DNA of 64,000 nucleotides. It comes from Pristiophorus japonicus (taxonomy: Eukaryota). A model generated the notes under the pieces. The model searched no databases. It was not told where the DNA came from and worked only from the letters and a program-made list of their open reading frames with translations. Location of the stretch: the NCBI RefSeq assembly GCF_044704955.1, contig NC_091999.1, forward strand, positions 23,746,001-23,810,000. The letters are read 5' to 3'. A program made the position numbers and the translations under genes. Position 1 is the stretch's first letter; the number at the start of each line of letters is the position of its first letter. Shown here in pieces: positions 1 through 10,480 of the stretch.

Positions 1-979
1 CTTCCCCTGATTCTGACTGCAGGGGACCTACGTTTGTCTTTACTAACCTTTTTCTCTTTACATATCTATAGAAACTTTTGCAATCCGTCTTAATGTTCCC
101 TGCAAGCTTCTTCTCATACTCCATTTTCCCTGCCCTAATCAAACCCTTTGTCCTCCTCTGCTGAGGTCTAAATTTCTCCCAGTCCCCAGGTTCGCTGCTA
201 TTTCTGGCCAATTTGTATGCCACTTCCTTGGCTTTAATACTATCCCTGATTTCCCTTGATAGCCACGGTTGAGCCACCTTCCCTTTTTTACTTTTATGCC
301 AGACAGGAATGTACAATTGTTGTAGTTCATCCATGCGATCTCTAAATGTCTGCCATTGCCCATCCACAGTCAACCCCTGAAGTATCATTCGCCAATCCAT
401 CCCAGCCAATTCACACCTCATACCTTCAAAGTTAGCCTTCTTTAACTTCTGGACCATGGTCTCTGAATTAACTGTTTCATTCTCCATCCCAATGCAGAAT
501 TCCACCATATTATGGTCACTCTTCCCCAAGGGGCCTCGCACAACGAGATTGCTAATTAATCCTCTCTCATTACATAACACCCAGTCGAAGATGGCCTCCC
601 CCCTAGTTGGTTCCTCGACTTATTGGTCTAAAAAACCATCTCATATGCACTCCAGAAAATCCTCCTCCACCGTATTGCTTCCAGTTTGGTTAGCCCAATC
701 TATGTGCATATTAAAGTCACCCATTATAACTGCTGCACCTTTATTGCACGCACCCCTAATTTCCTGTTTGATGCCCTCCCCAACATCACTACTACTGTTT
801 GGAGGTCTGTACACAACTCCCACTAACGTTTTTTGCCCTTTGGTGTTCTGCAGCTCTACCCATATAGATTCCACATCATCCAAGCTAATGTCCTTCCTAA
901 CTATTGCCTTAATCTCCTCCTTAACCAGCAATGCTACCCCACTTCCTTTTCCTTTTATTCTATCCTTCCTGAATGTTGA
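1..979 (-). mobile_element. CR1-clade LINE fragment (ORF2 endonuclease/linker), runs off the window start
   Basis: ORF 641..931(-) reads VESIWVEL...LVGVVYRPP...IMGDFN, an APE endonuclease motif; nearly identical to the CR1 copy at about 51945-52920. Confidence 0.9.
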
Positions 980-1291
980 AGCAGCAAGGGATTTCAGGAT
1001 GAGCGCTATTCAGTGCCTAACACAATAGCACCACAATGTATTCCCGTTTTACGCCGGTTATTTGCTTCACAGCCCATTACAGGTGGCTCTGGCTTCAAAT
1101 ACACAGGAAATGTTACAGATCTCCCGGAATCGTTGCCAATACATTGTCCTTCCAATAACGCCGGTGTTGAAGCAACAGCGTGAGGTTGATATCTCAAAAG
1201 TGATTTATCACCCTTGAACGAGTTAAGGCTAAAAATTAGTGTCCGGATTCTGAAGATGCAGCTTTTCCTGACTTTCATTCCTGTTTTGCAG

Positions 1292-1599
1292 TGGATGTCC
1301 CATGCAGCGATTGAAAAATCACTCTTCGCCCACAGTCACTGGCACAGGAATTACTGGAGCGACGGTGACCTTAAACTGCGTCGTGTCTGATGCTCCTTAT
1401 GGGCTCACCGTGTCCTGGACCTGAGAAAAGGAGGCTTTGAAATCAGAGATTGCCGTCTAACACGGAGAGGATCCCAGCAGCGTAATCAGCAACTTAAACA
1501 TCTCGACACAAGACTGGCTGAGTGGGGATAAGTTCTACTGGATGGTGAGCCATCAGGATATACCGACTCCTATCAGAGATTCCATCCACAAGGAAAAGG
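1292..1599 (+). pseudogene. IGHM: IgM heavy chain Cmu3 exon, pseudogene (cluster 1)
   Basis: After acceptor ttttgcag: [100 protein letters not shown], matching shark Cmu3. Stops at 1312, 1422 and 1458, a frameshift near 1359, second Cys changed to Trp (1539), and donor mutated to GA. Confidence 0.93.
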
Positions 1600-2503
1600 G
1601 ATAGCGGGGAGATTGTTGCAATAAGTCAGATACTGTGACTATTTCTGCTGCATGTGCAAGGGCCAATTCATTATTTAAAGTGTTTAATGGGCTACTCTGA
1701 TCATTTAGTTTGGTAATTCCACGAACTCAGCACTCTGGGACCTGATGTTATGTATTTTAGGGGAAACTGGATAAGTCCATGAGCGAGAAAGGAATAGAAG
1801 GGTATGTTATTAGGATGAGATTAAGTGAGCTAGGAGGAGGCATGTGTGCAACATACACACCAGCATAAACCAGTTGGCCAAATCTCCTTGATCTGTGCAG
1901 TAAATTCAAGTCCAACCCTTCAAGATTTCAGAGAGAAAGATTATGTTCACTCTGCTGCGGGATGGTAAACCAGAGAGGCCCCAGAGGGGAAATAATAAAG
2001 CGTTAAATGTCAACGAAGAGCATATTTCTCTGACGTACAACCACGGGACATTGGCGAATGTAAACAGAGAAGGCGAGTTGGTGCTGGTCTCAAAGGCCAC
2101 CCGGGAGCAGAGGAGGATTGGAATCCGAGTGAGGAGCTCTCGGATCGCGGGGGGTGGGTTAGGCAGGGACCCTGGATCCAGGAGGGAGGTGTAAGGGCAA
2201 TAACCACCTGGGTGCAGCCGTCCCCGCATCGCTGTAACTGCTGCGATTTACACAGTGTGTCAAGCCGGACCAGCTACAGTTGAAAACCGAATGGAGGTTA
2301 AAATAGAGGATTCCAGCCTCCTATAAATATATTATTCAAATACAATATTACAACCAGGAGTGGTCGGGTTGATGTCGGGATGCCAATTTTTACCAATTTA
2401 ATCATCCCCACACCCTCAATACGCCTGCTTTATTAGATTAAAACTCCCACCATTGTCTCTGGAACTGTCCAGTTCATTTGCCTTTATTGTAACTGTTCTA
2501 CAG

Positions 2504-2894
2504 CGAAAGATCCATGGGAACCAGCCTTGTCTGTCCTCCTGCCCTCGGCAGAAGAAGTCTCTGCTCAGAGGTTGGTCAGCCTCACCTGCTTAGTGAGAGG
2601 TTTCTCCACCCGAGAGATCTTCGTCAAATGGACCGTCAAGGACAAGCCGGTGGTTCCGACAACTACCAGAATACCGAGGTGATGGCGGAGAATGGCAGCA
2701 GCTCCTTCTTCATGTAGAGCCTGCTATCCATTGCAGCCGAGGAGTGGGCCCGCGGCGCCTCTTACTCCTGTGTGGTGGGACATGAAGCGATTTCCTTGAA
2801 AATCACCAACAGAACCATCAATAAATTCAGAGGTAAACCCTGTTTTGTGAACATTTCCCTTGCTCTGATGGACAACATCAATTCTTATCAATGA
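2504..2894 (+). pseudogene. IGHM: IgM Cmu4 exon plus secretory tailpiece, pseudogene (cluster 1)
   Basis: After ctacag: [126 protein letters not shown]. Frameshift near 2655, stop at 2715, internal G|GTAAA donor at 2833 for TM splicing, tailpiece Cys changed to Tyr. Confidence 0.95.
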
Positions 2895-2932
2895 GAATCT
2901 CTCGATTGCCTTTCAGTTCTTATGTAAAAAAC

Positions 2933-2938
2933 AATAAA
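2933..2938 (+). terminator. Polyadenylation signal for the secretory mu form
   Basis: AATAAA about 40 nt after the tailpiece stop. Confidence 0.7.
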
Positions 2939-3329
2939 GGCCTTTTCTTCCAATCGTGAGTTACACACACAGCCGCTCAATTAATTTTGTTTCCTATTTT
3001 AGCCAAGGGGCGGGCTGTTAATCTGAAGCTGAATATTTGTCGGCATTGTGGCCAAAGCTGGTACATTCAGCGCTCTCAGCTCATATACACCACAGGTTTG
3101 AGAGAAAGAGAAGCTCTTTAATGACAGGATACCTCAAAGTCATTTCAGCAACTTTCGTCCCACTGGGAGAATCTGCATAGTTCTATTTCCCGATAAACAA
3201 ATGCTGTACATTTATATTTCGGTGCCCTTGTTTCTCGTGTTGTCCATCCCTTCAGATTTGGGGACAATTTATTTGGCAGCATCGCACACTCTGGGATCTG
3301 AAATGAGGTCCACACACGAACACGAACTG

Positions 3330-4330
3330 AATCTCCCATCGCCCCACCAGAGAGAGGTGAAATGGAAATTGTTATCCCCCTGTACCTCCCACTACACCAC
3401 CAGAGAGGTGAAAGGGCAATTCTGAACCAACTGTACCTCCCACTGCACCACCAGAGAGAGATGAAAGGGCAATTATTCACCCACTGTAAGCCCATTGCCA
3501 TACCAAAGAGTGGTGAAATGGCAATTCTGAACCCACTGTACTTCCCACTGCCCCACCAGAGTGAGGGGAAACGGCAATTGTTAATGCACTGTAACTTCAC
3601 TCCGTCTCTGCAAGATTCTACAAGTTCCCTGGCAGGACAGACGCGCCAAAATTAGCGTCTTCGTGCAGGCCAACATCCCAGCATCGAAGCACTGACCACA
3701 CTTGATCAGCTGCTCTGGGCAGGCCACATTGTCTGCATGCCAGACACGAGACTCCCAAAGCAAGCGCTCGACTCGGAACTCGCCCATGGCAAATGAGCCA
3801 AAGGTGGGCAGGGGAAACGTTATAAGGGACCACAAAGCCTCCCTGATAAAGTGCGACATCCCCACTGACGCTTGAGAGTCCCTGGCCAAAGACCGCCCTA
3901 AATGGAGGAAGTACATCCGGGAGGGCGCTGAGCCCCTCGTGTCTCGTCGCCGAGAGCATTCAGACATCAAGCGCAGGCAGTGGAAGGAACGTGCGGCAAA
4001 CGTGTAAAATCTTCCCCTTCCCGCAACCACGGTCTTTCCCACCTGCGACAGAGACTGTGGTTCCCTATTGGACTGTACAGCCACGTAAGAAATCAGGCTA
4101 AGAGTGGAAGCAAGTCTTCCTTGATTGCGAGGGACTGCCTTTGATGATGTAAACCCTCTCCACCACCAGAGAGAGGGGAAAGGGCAATTGTTAACTTACT
4201 GTCCCGCCCACAACCCCAGCATAGTGAGGGGAATCTGCAATTGTTAACCCAATGTATCCGACTTCCACACAAGCGAGAGGGCAAAGGGCAATTGTTAAAT
4301 CATTGTACCCCTCAATGTCACCAGAGAGAG
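3330..4330. repeat. Approximately 58-bp minisatellite interrupted by an RTE fragment
   Basis: Units like cccactgtacctcccactgcaccaccagagagaggtgaaagggcaattgttaa at about 3330-3595 and 4150-4330. Confidence 0.8.
3601..4149 (+). mobile_element. RTE-clade LINE, 5'-truncated 3' fragment
   Basis: Translates to SLQDS/ILQVPWQDRR...ANIPSIEALTTLDQLLWAGHIVCMPDTRLPKQALDSEL (RTE ORF C-terminus) and ends in a gatgatg tail; homologous to about 34820-35360. Confidence 0.85.
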
Positions 4331-4459
4331 ATGCCCATCGATTCATTTGTTGCATTCCGTCAGCTGATGTCACATTGTGTCTCACACTGAACACATTTAC
4401 ACAGAGCGAGGAAGAATGCGTGGAAACGTTAGTAGTGTATGTTTTTGTGGAAGTTCACA

Positions 4460-4648
4460 CTTACACATAAACACAACACGGATTTATACATAAACACACA
4501 GCGACTTACACATAAACACACACATTGACACACTGACACAAGATATTACGCATACCCAGAATATAATACACACCGTCATTGTCAGAACCACAGCACCATT
4601 AATATGACAGCAAAAATAAACACACCCTCAAATAAAACAGAAGCACTA

Positions 4649-4680
<32 letters not shown>

Positions 4681-5090
4681 ACACTTTCACTTGCATAAAC
4701 ACATATTCAACACAAATTAACTAACGCATAACACACACACACATTTACATGCCAACACACACAGTTACACATAAATGCACACATTGTTACCCATAAACAT
4801 ACACAACACGTACACATAACCATACACAAACACATTAAAACACGCACATGAACGTACTTACAAAGAATAGACATATTTAAACATAACCACAAACAATTGC
4901 ATATATACACATAAAGGCTTACATGTAAACATACACAAACTTACAAAAATACACAAACACTTACACAAAAATATAAATATATGGAATGACACATTAAAAC
5001 ATTCAAACTTACATATCAACATACATCAACACACAAACACAGACAACACCAAAAGAAGAGATCGTCATACACACAAACACAAACACTAAA
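4460..5090. repeat. Degenerate (CA)n/ACAT-rich low-complexity tract
   Basis: Direct inspection; pure (AC)n near 4649-4683. Confidence 0.85.
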
Positions 5091-5726
5091 GTGCAAAAAA
5101 TACGTCAGGTAACAGACGAATTTAGAATTAAAATAAATTCTTTGAACAGACAGTCTGCAACGATTGTATTAAATAAATCATTTCTGATAGCATAATATCT
5201 AACATTCCTATATTCTGGTCCTGAACGCAAACTGAATCAAAGTTCTTAGTTGGAAACTCATGCAAATTAATTATGTTCAGAACCTTGACTACCACAAATT
5301 AATCCAGATTATAACTCACATCTGATGTCTTACCCTGTCCCTTTGACAGTCTCCGAATAATTAGCTATCTGAAGCTATTGTTAAATTAATCGATATCATT
5401 CAGTATAGTTCCCCCGATATTACATCATACTATTCCCGAATGGTAAATCCTATGAAATTGATGCAAAATCAATTAGCCTGTGACATTGAAGGAAAACTGT
5501 CATATTTTCCAAAACCGACTATAGAAGGATCATAAAGAAAGAACGACTGTGGAATTAGGAACACAGATAGATTACTGAGCGAGATTAACTTAACACAGGA
5601 CATAATTGAACATTAAAATAGAGAACAATCTAACACCGTAAAAAAAGAAAATAGAATACGTAATAATAAGATGAGATCTTGGGTTAACAAACGATCTGAA
5701 TATATTTCCTCCCCTACATCCCGTAG

Positions 5727-5854
5727 ATTCCTCAGACCACATCTGGAGTGAAGAGTGTGAGGACGAGAGCAGCAACATCTGGACAACCGCTTCCACATTC
5801 ATCATCTTGATCTTCCTGAACATTTCCTACAGCGCTGCCATCACTCTGGTGAAG
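5727..5854 (+). pseudogene. IGHM: IgM TM1 exon (extracellular spacer plus transmembrane)
   Basis: ccgtag|(D)SSDHIWSEECEDESSNIWTTASTFIILIFLNISYSAAITLVK|gtgag; shows the NIWTTASTF...YSAA.TLVK antigen-receptor TM motif; AG/GT intact. Confidence 0.95.
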
Positions 5855-5992
5855 GTGAGAAGATTCAATGCACTCAGTTCGAGTTGATTGAAGAGGTTTG
5901 ACAAATCTCTAAATGTTTCATTGATAAAAACCCTGAAATTAATGCCCCAAACCACTAAAACGCTGCTTCAAACTTTTATCCCTCTTTTACAG

Positions 5993-6001
5993 GTCAAGTG
6001 A
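5993..6001 (+). pseudogene. IGHM: IgM TM2 exon (VK*)
   Basis: cttttacag|gtc aag tga, completing the KVK cytoplasmic tail after a 138-nt intron. Confidence 0.9.
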
Positions 6002-6413
6002 TTGACTGAATTTCGGCCGCCGTGGATTTTTCTCCTCTGGTTGTTAACTGTGTCTTGAAAATAAATGATGTCCTCTTGGTGATTCCCGGAGTAAATTGCC
6101 TTCAATTTTTTCATTTCTCTGTTTGAAATGTGTGAGATAACCGTGGCTATAATGTAAATGTATCTCGGAGTCAAACAATTGTTTGAATATCTCATGTGTA
6201 CATAAGTCACTTTTATCATTCATGATTCACAATTATTCACTTCCCTTGGTGTTGAACATCTGTTTCTCTCTCCCTGATATCTGTTAGAGTTGTACAAATA
6301 GGTGGCAGCTCAGACCGACTGTGTTCTGGTCTTAATGTGACGCTCATTTGTTGTATTCAATTTGTGTGAACTTTTGAAAACCTTCTCTGTGAATTGCTCT
6401 CTGTGAAATTGTT

Positions 6414-6419
6414 AATAAA
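6414..6419 (+). terminator. Candidate polyadenylation signal for the membrane mu form
   Basis: AATAAA about 410 nt after the TM2 stop; another AATAAA lies near 6060. Confidence 0.45.
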
Positions 6420-6586
6420 ACTGCAATGACAAATGGAATAATTTGGACTTTGCTGAACTCTTTACTCCAAGGCTCCTTCACACTGTTCTATTTCCCTATC
6501 ACACGTTGTTTTATTTCCATGAAATTTATTCTTCCCGCGTCCGATCCTGATGTGTTTGAATCCAAGTCCCTTCGGTTAAGGAGCCA

Positions 6587-6603
6587 CTGCGCCACCTGGT
6601 GTC
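6587..6603 (-). promoter_or_regulatory. Candidate CTCF-binding site 3' of IgM cluster 1
   Basis: ctGCGCCACCTGGTGtc closely matches the reverse complement of the CTCF core CCACCAG(G/A)(G/T)GGCGC. Confidence 0.4.
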
Positions 6604-6757
6604 CCATCAGAGTGACGGCACATTTTCTCCTGCCTTGTTGCATCATGCACCAGAGGCGGAATGACTGCACAGTGACCAGGCGGTCTCCTCTAATATTATG
6701 GCCTTTCACGTGCCAGGTTATATTAAAGAGCAGGCCTCTGATGCACCATAGTCGGAT

Positions 6758-7085
6758 ACAGTATAGAATGTGTCAGAGCAAATCTCCCTCTACACTGTCC
6801 TAACAAACACTCTCAGGGCAGGTACAACACTGGTTAGATAAAGAGTAAAGCTCCCTCTGCACTGTCCCATCAAAAACTCCCAGGGCAGTACGGGTTAGAT
6901 ACAGAGAACAGCTCCATCTACACTTGCACACCACACCCTCCCAGGGCAGGTACAGCACGGGTTAAATATAGAATAAATCTCCCTCTACACCGTCCCATCA
7001 AACACACCCAGGTCAGGAGCAGCACGGGTTAAATACAGATTAAAGCTCACTCTATACTGTCCCATCAAACACTTCCAGACACACT
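6758..7085. repeat. Approximately 68-bp tandem repeat (about 5 copies)
   Basis: Unit tacagagtaaagctccctctacactgtcccatcaaacactcccagggcaggtacagcacgggttaga. Confidence 0.85.
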
Positions 7086-7509
7086 AGAGAGCACAAACTC
7101 TTGGAATGATTCCCAAAAACTGGGGCCTAACTGACACACAGACAGGCGCTCCAATGTTTCTGTTATACACATATAGAAAGCCAAGAAAGAGACGACAGGT
7201 GGAGAGATTATCTTTGACAGAGAGGAGATGAGGGTTCACGCGGCATCTGCAGGTACATTTGGAGCTTTGTGCCCGTTGGGCACCTACATACAAAATGTGT
7301 GATGCACGGGCAATATCAATTTCTGATGTAAAATCATTGTCGTTTTGTTCTACCCAAATATATGATTGACATCCTCCTCTCCGGGAGGGCATTCGTAGAA
7401 TGTAAGTGTCGTTTACGATTCAACTCTTTAAAGGTCACCTGAATGCATATGGTCCATACGGACAGAAATGCGTAGGGTTATCACTGCCAACCGTTCTCCA
7501 TTATGAGGA

Positions 7510-8325
7510 ACATACATAAAAACATAAGAATATTAGAAATTGGAACAGGAGTAGGCCATACTGCACCTCGAGCCTGCTCTGCCATTCAATAATATCATGG
7601 CGGTTATGATAATGGACTGAGCTCCACTTTCCTGCCTGCTCCCCATAGCCCGTTATCGTTTAAAACACTGTCTATTTCTATCTTAAGGTTATTCAATGTC
7701 CCAGCTTCCACGGCTCTCTGAGGCAGCGAAGTCCAGACATTTACAACGCTCTTAGAGAGGAAATTTCTCCTCATCTCTGTTTTAATTGGGCGGCCCCATA
7801 TTTTAAGATCATGCCCTCCAGTTCTAATCTCCCCCATCAGTGCAAACATCCTCTCTGCATCCACCTTGTCAAGCCCCCTCATAATCTGATACATTTCGAT
7901 AAGATCACTTCTCATTCTTCTGAATTCCAATAAGTCGAGGCCCAAACTACTCAACCTTTCCTCATAAGTCAACCCCCTCATCTCCGGAATCATCCGAGTG
8001 AACCTTCTCTGAACTGCCTCCAAAGCAAGTATATCCTTTCATAAATATGTGAACCAAAACCGCACACAGTTCCAGGTGTGGCCTCCCCAATATCCTGTAT
8101 AACTGTAGCAAGACTTCCCTGCTTTTATACTCCATTCTCTTCACAATAATGGCCAAGATGCCAATGGCCTTCCTGATCATTCGCTGTACCTGCATATCAT
8201 CCTTTTGTGCCTCATGCACAAGTACCCTCAGGTCCCGCTGAACTGCGGCACTTTGCAATCTTTTTCCATTTAAATAATAACTGTCTCTTTGATTTTTTTC
8301 TGCCAAAGTGCATGATCTCACGTTA
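7510..8325 (-). mobile_element. CR1 LINE 3' fragment
   Basis: ORFs 7604..8023 and 7962..8330 (EAVQRRFTRMIP, RPHLE) plus 3'UTR and tail. Confidence 0.9.
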
Positions 8326-8339
8326 AACACGACCCGCTG

Positions 8340-8632
8340 TCACCTCTTCCCCGGACTGCCTTTCTGTCTGCTCTGCACTATTCCCTCTGATACCATCTCG
8401 CTTAACGCACTGAACATCACCCACAGATTTGTTCTCACTGCTCTGCTCCATTCCTTCTGATACCATCTCCCTGAACTCACTGAACATCTTCCTAGGGATC
8501 CTGCCTCCCTGCTCTGCTTCATTCCCTTTGATACCATCTCGCTGAACTCACTGAACATCACCCTGAGGATTCTGTCTTCCTGCTCTGCGCCATTCCTTCT
8601 GATACTATCAACGTGAAATCAGTGAACAACTC
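8340..8632. repeat. Approximately 70-bp tandem repeat (about 4 copies)
   Basis: Recurring ctgctctgc..attcc.tctgataccatctc.ctgaactcactgaacatc. Confidence 0.85.
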
Positions 8633-9306
8633 CTACGGATACGGCAGTAACCTTCGAAGAAACAGCCAATCACTGTGCTATGATGTATGCGAGGGATTAT
8701 GGCGTCATCCACGGAATCCAGGTACGCAACTCAGTTGAAGTTAGTACCAGGGACAAACATATTTCCTGATGTTTGATTTCTGATTTAAGCAAATTGGAAA
8801 AGGAGCCTGAGGTGAAAAGGGCCGAATTTATTGATGCAGTTATGATCAGGAATATACTACGTGAAAGAGTGGGGAAAAGAATTAATATTAACTTTCAAAA
8901 GGGAATTAGTTAAATATCTAAAGGGAGAAAATTGCAGGGCTTTAGGAAAAGAGTGGGACTAATACGATAGCTCTTTCAAAGTGCCAGCACAGGCTTACTA
9001 TTCTGATTCTAGATTCGAGGCGATGCCAGCGAATGTTGTCATTCTGTTCTCACAATTAACTTTAGCTGCAACCAGTTGGCTTCTGCTTCGTGCATGTCGC
9101 TAAGATACTCAACCTGCCCAATTGATTGGCTCTGCAGGACATTGCCACGAGTATCAAGAAATCAGTTTATTGTGAGCCCTTCATACAGGAGACTGTCCTT
9201 TGGGTCCATCTCAGTGTGTGTCGGCTCACAGGAACCAATGTGGCAGGATCTGCCCGCCGTTATATACGACTTCAGCAGTCGGAGCCAAGATCTACAAAGT
9301 GGCGGG

Positions 9307-9345
9307 AGGCTCTGTCTGAGGGTTGAACTGAGTTCCATCACTGTG
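9307..9345 (-). promoter_or_regulatory. 23-spacer recombination signal sequence of the minus-strand V
   Basis: CACAGTG (perfect) + exactly 23 nt (atggaactcagttcaaccctcag) + degenerate nonamer ACAGAGCCT. Confidence 0.8.
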
Positions 9346-9505
9346 AGTGCCAGGGCACGTTAATAAACTGCAGGTCCAGTCATCTGCAGCCCAGAGATGG
9401 TTAAACCGGTAAACTTAGTCACAATTTAGAGATCTGCAGAGAAACGTCTCTGGCAAAATATATTACCTTCATAACAGCCGATTAATTTCACCAGAATATT
9501 CTCGA
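9346..9505 (-). pseudogene. TCR alpha/delta-type V segment, 3' fragment (CDR2-FR3), pseudogene
   Basis: Minus strand reads YFAR/RFSADL*IVTKFTGLTISGLQMTGPAVY*RALA, a degenerate form of DFARGRFS...LTISGLQ.TDSAVYYCAL, followed directly by an RSS. Confidence 0.8.
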
Positions 9506-9597
9506 TCGCAGGTAGGTTGTGGTAAGTGTTCCCTGTGCTGGTTTAAATTGTGCTAATTAAGAAGGACATTAAATGATGACCTAAATAAGCTTTACAG

Positions 9598-9891
9598 GTA
9601 AAATCCAATGGAGTTCGGTAATGCAGCCTCAATATGAGATGACGGTATATGAAGGAGAAAAACCTGAAATAAATGCACTTACAACACCAGTTCCGAAGAT
9701 CCAGATCGTTACTGGTACGCCTGCACCTGATCCCGACAACGCAGTTTACCTTATACCGCAATAACACCAGAGAAATTGGTGCCGATTTTGCAAGAGGAAA
9801 ATTCGGTGCTCGTCATTTAAATGTATATTAATTTTTCCTTTGTCAATTCAGAAAATGAATACAGCGCCGGTTATTTCTGTTGACTGAGAAT
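9598..9891 (+). pseudogene. TCR alpha/delta-type V exon, pseudogene
   Basis: After a 76-nt GTAAGT(9522)...TTACAG(9597) leader-type intron: SNG/SVMQPQYEMTVYEGEKPEI/CTYNTSSEDPDRYWY/LHLIPTTQFTLYRNNTREIGADFARGKFGARHL.../FPLSIQKM/SAGYFC*LR. First Cys, WY and YFC landmarks are present, with several frameshifts. Confidence 0.82.
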
Positions 9892-9928
9892 CACGGTGCT
9901 TCAAACTGCTCGACTATGTAAAAAATTC
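9892..9928 (+). promoter_or_regulatory. Degenerate 23-type RSS of the plus-strand V
   Basis: Heptamer CACGGTG at 9892-9898 right after YFC*LR, about 21-nt spacer, A-rich nonamer remnant (AAAAAATTC). Confidence 0.65.
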
Positions 9929-10039
9929 TAGGGAAGCCACAGACCAAACCAAGAAGATATCTGTCATCGAGCGATTCAATAAAGCAATATCTGTAATTGA
10001 GGGAACTTTTAAAACAACATGTTTAATTTGTTTTCATAT

Positions 10040-10480
10040 CAGGGATGTGGGGATTTTGTGGAGGGACTGGAGAAGCTGGCATTGATCTCATTAAAACAGA
10101 GAAAGTTAAGAACAGATTTAATAGAGTTGTTCAAAATTATGAAGAGTTTTGAGAGATTAAATTAGGGAAACTCTTTCCACGAGCAGAAGGGTCGGTAACC
10201 AAAGGACAAAGATTTAAGGTAATTGGGAAAGGAACCACAGATGACACGAGGAAACATTATTTTACCCTGCGAGTTGCTTTGATCCGCAATGCAGAGCCTG
10301 AAAGGGTGGAGGAAGCAGAGTCAGTAGCAACGTTCAAAATCGAATTGTGTAAACACTTGAACGAATAAACGAACAGTTCTATGGCGGAATGCAAAGGTGT
10401 GGGACTAATTGAACAGCTCTTGCAAAGAGGAGGCACAGGCACAAAGGTCGTAACGGCGTCCTTAGGTGTTGTATCATTCT
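10040..10480 (+). mobile_element. Old CR1 LINE 3' fragment
   Basis: Degenerate DLIELFKIMK...TKGQRFKVIG region and CR1 3'UTR. Confidence 0.7.

Noticed and set aside
456-1028. 190-aa plus-strand ORF
   Set aside because: Antisense reading of the CR1 ORF2
5260-5267. Octamer ATGCAAAT in the Cmu4-TM1 intron
   Set aside because: The same 8-mer occurs at unrelated sites (about 26549 and 36233); no supporting context
6758-8632. Regular 68-70-bp repeats considered as a CRISPR-like or Ig switch-like array
   Set aside because: Whole units repeat without unique spacers, the context is eukaryotic, and the position is 3' of the C exons; these are ordinary minisatellites
8671-8725. CACTGTG followed about 45 nt later by a GT donor, resembling a J segment
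   Set aside because: No nonamer at 12 or 23 spacing and no F/W-G-x-G motif in any frame
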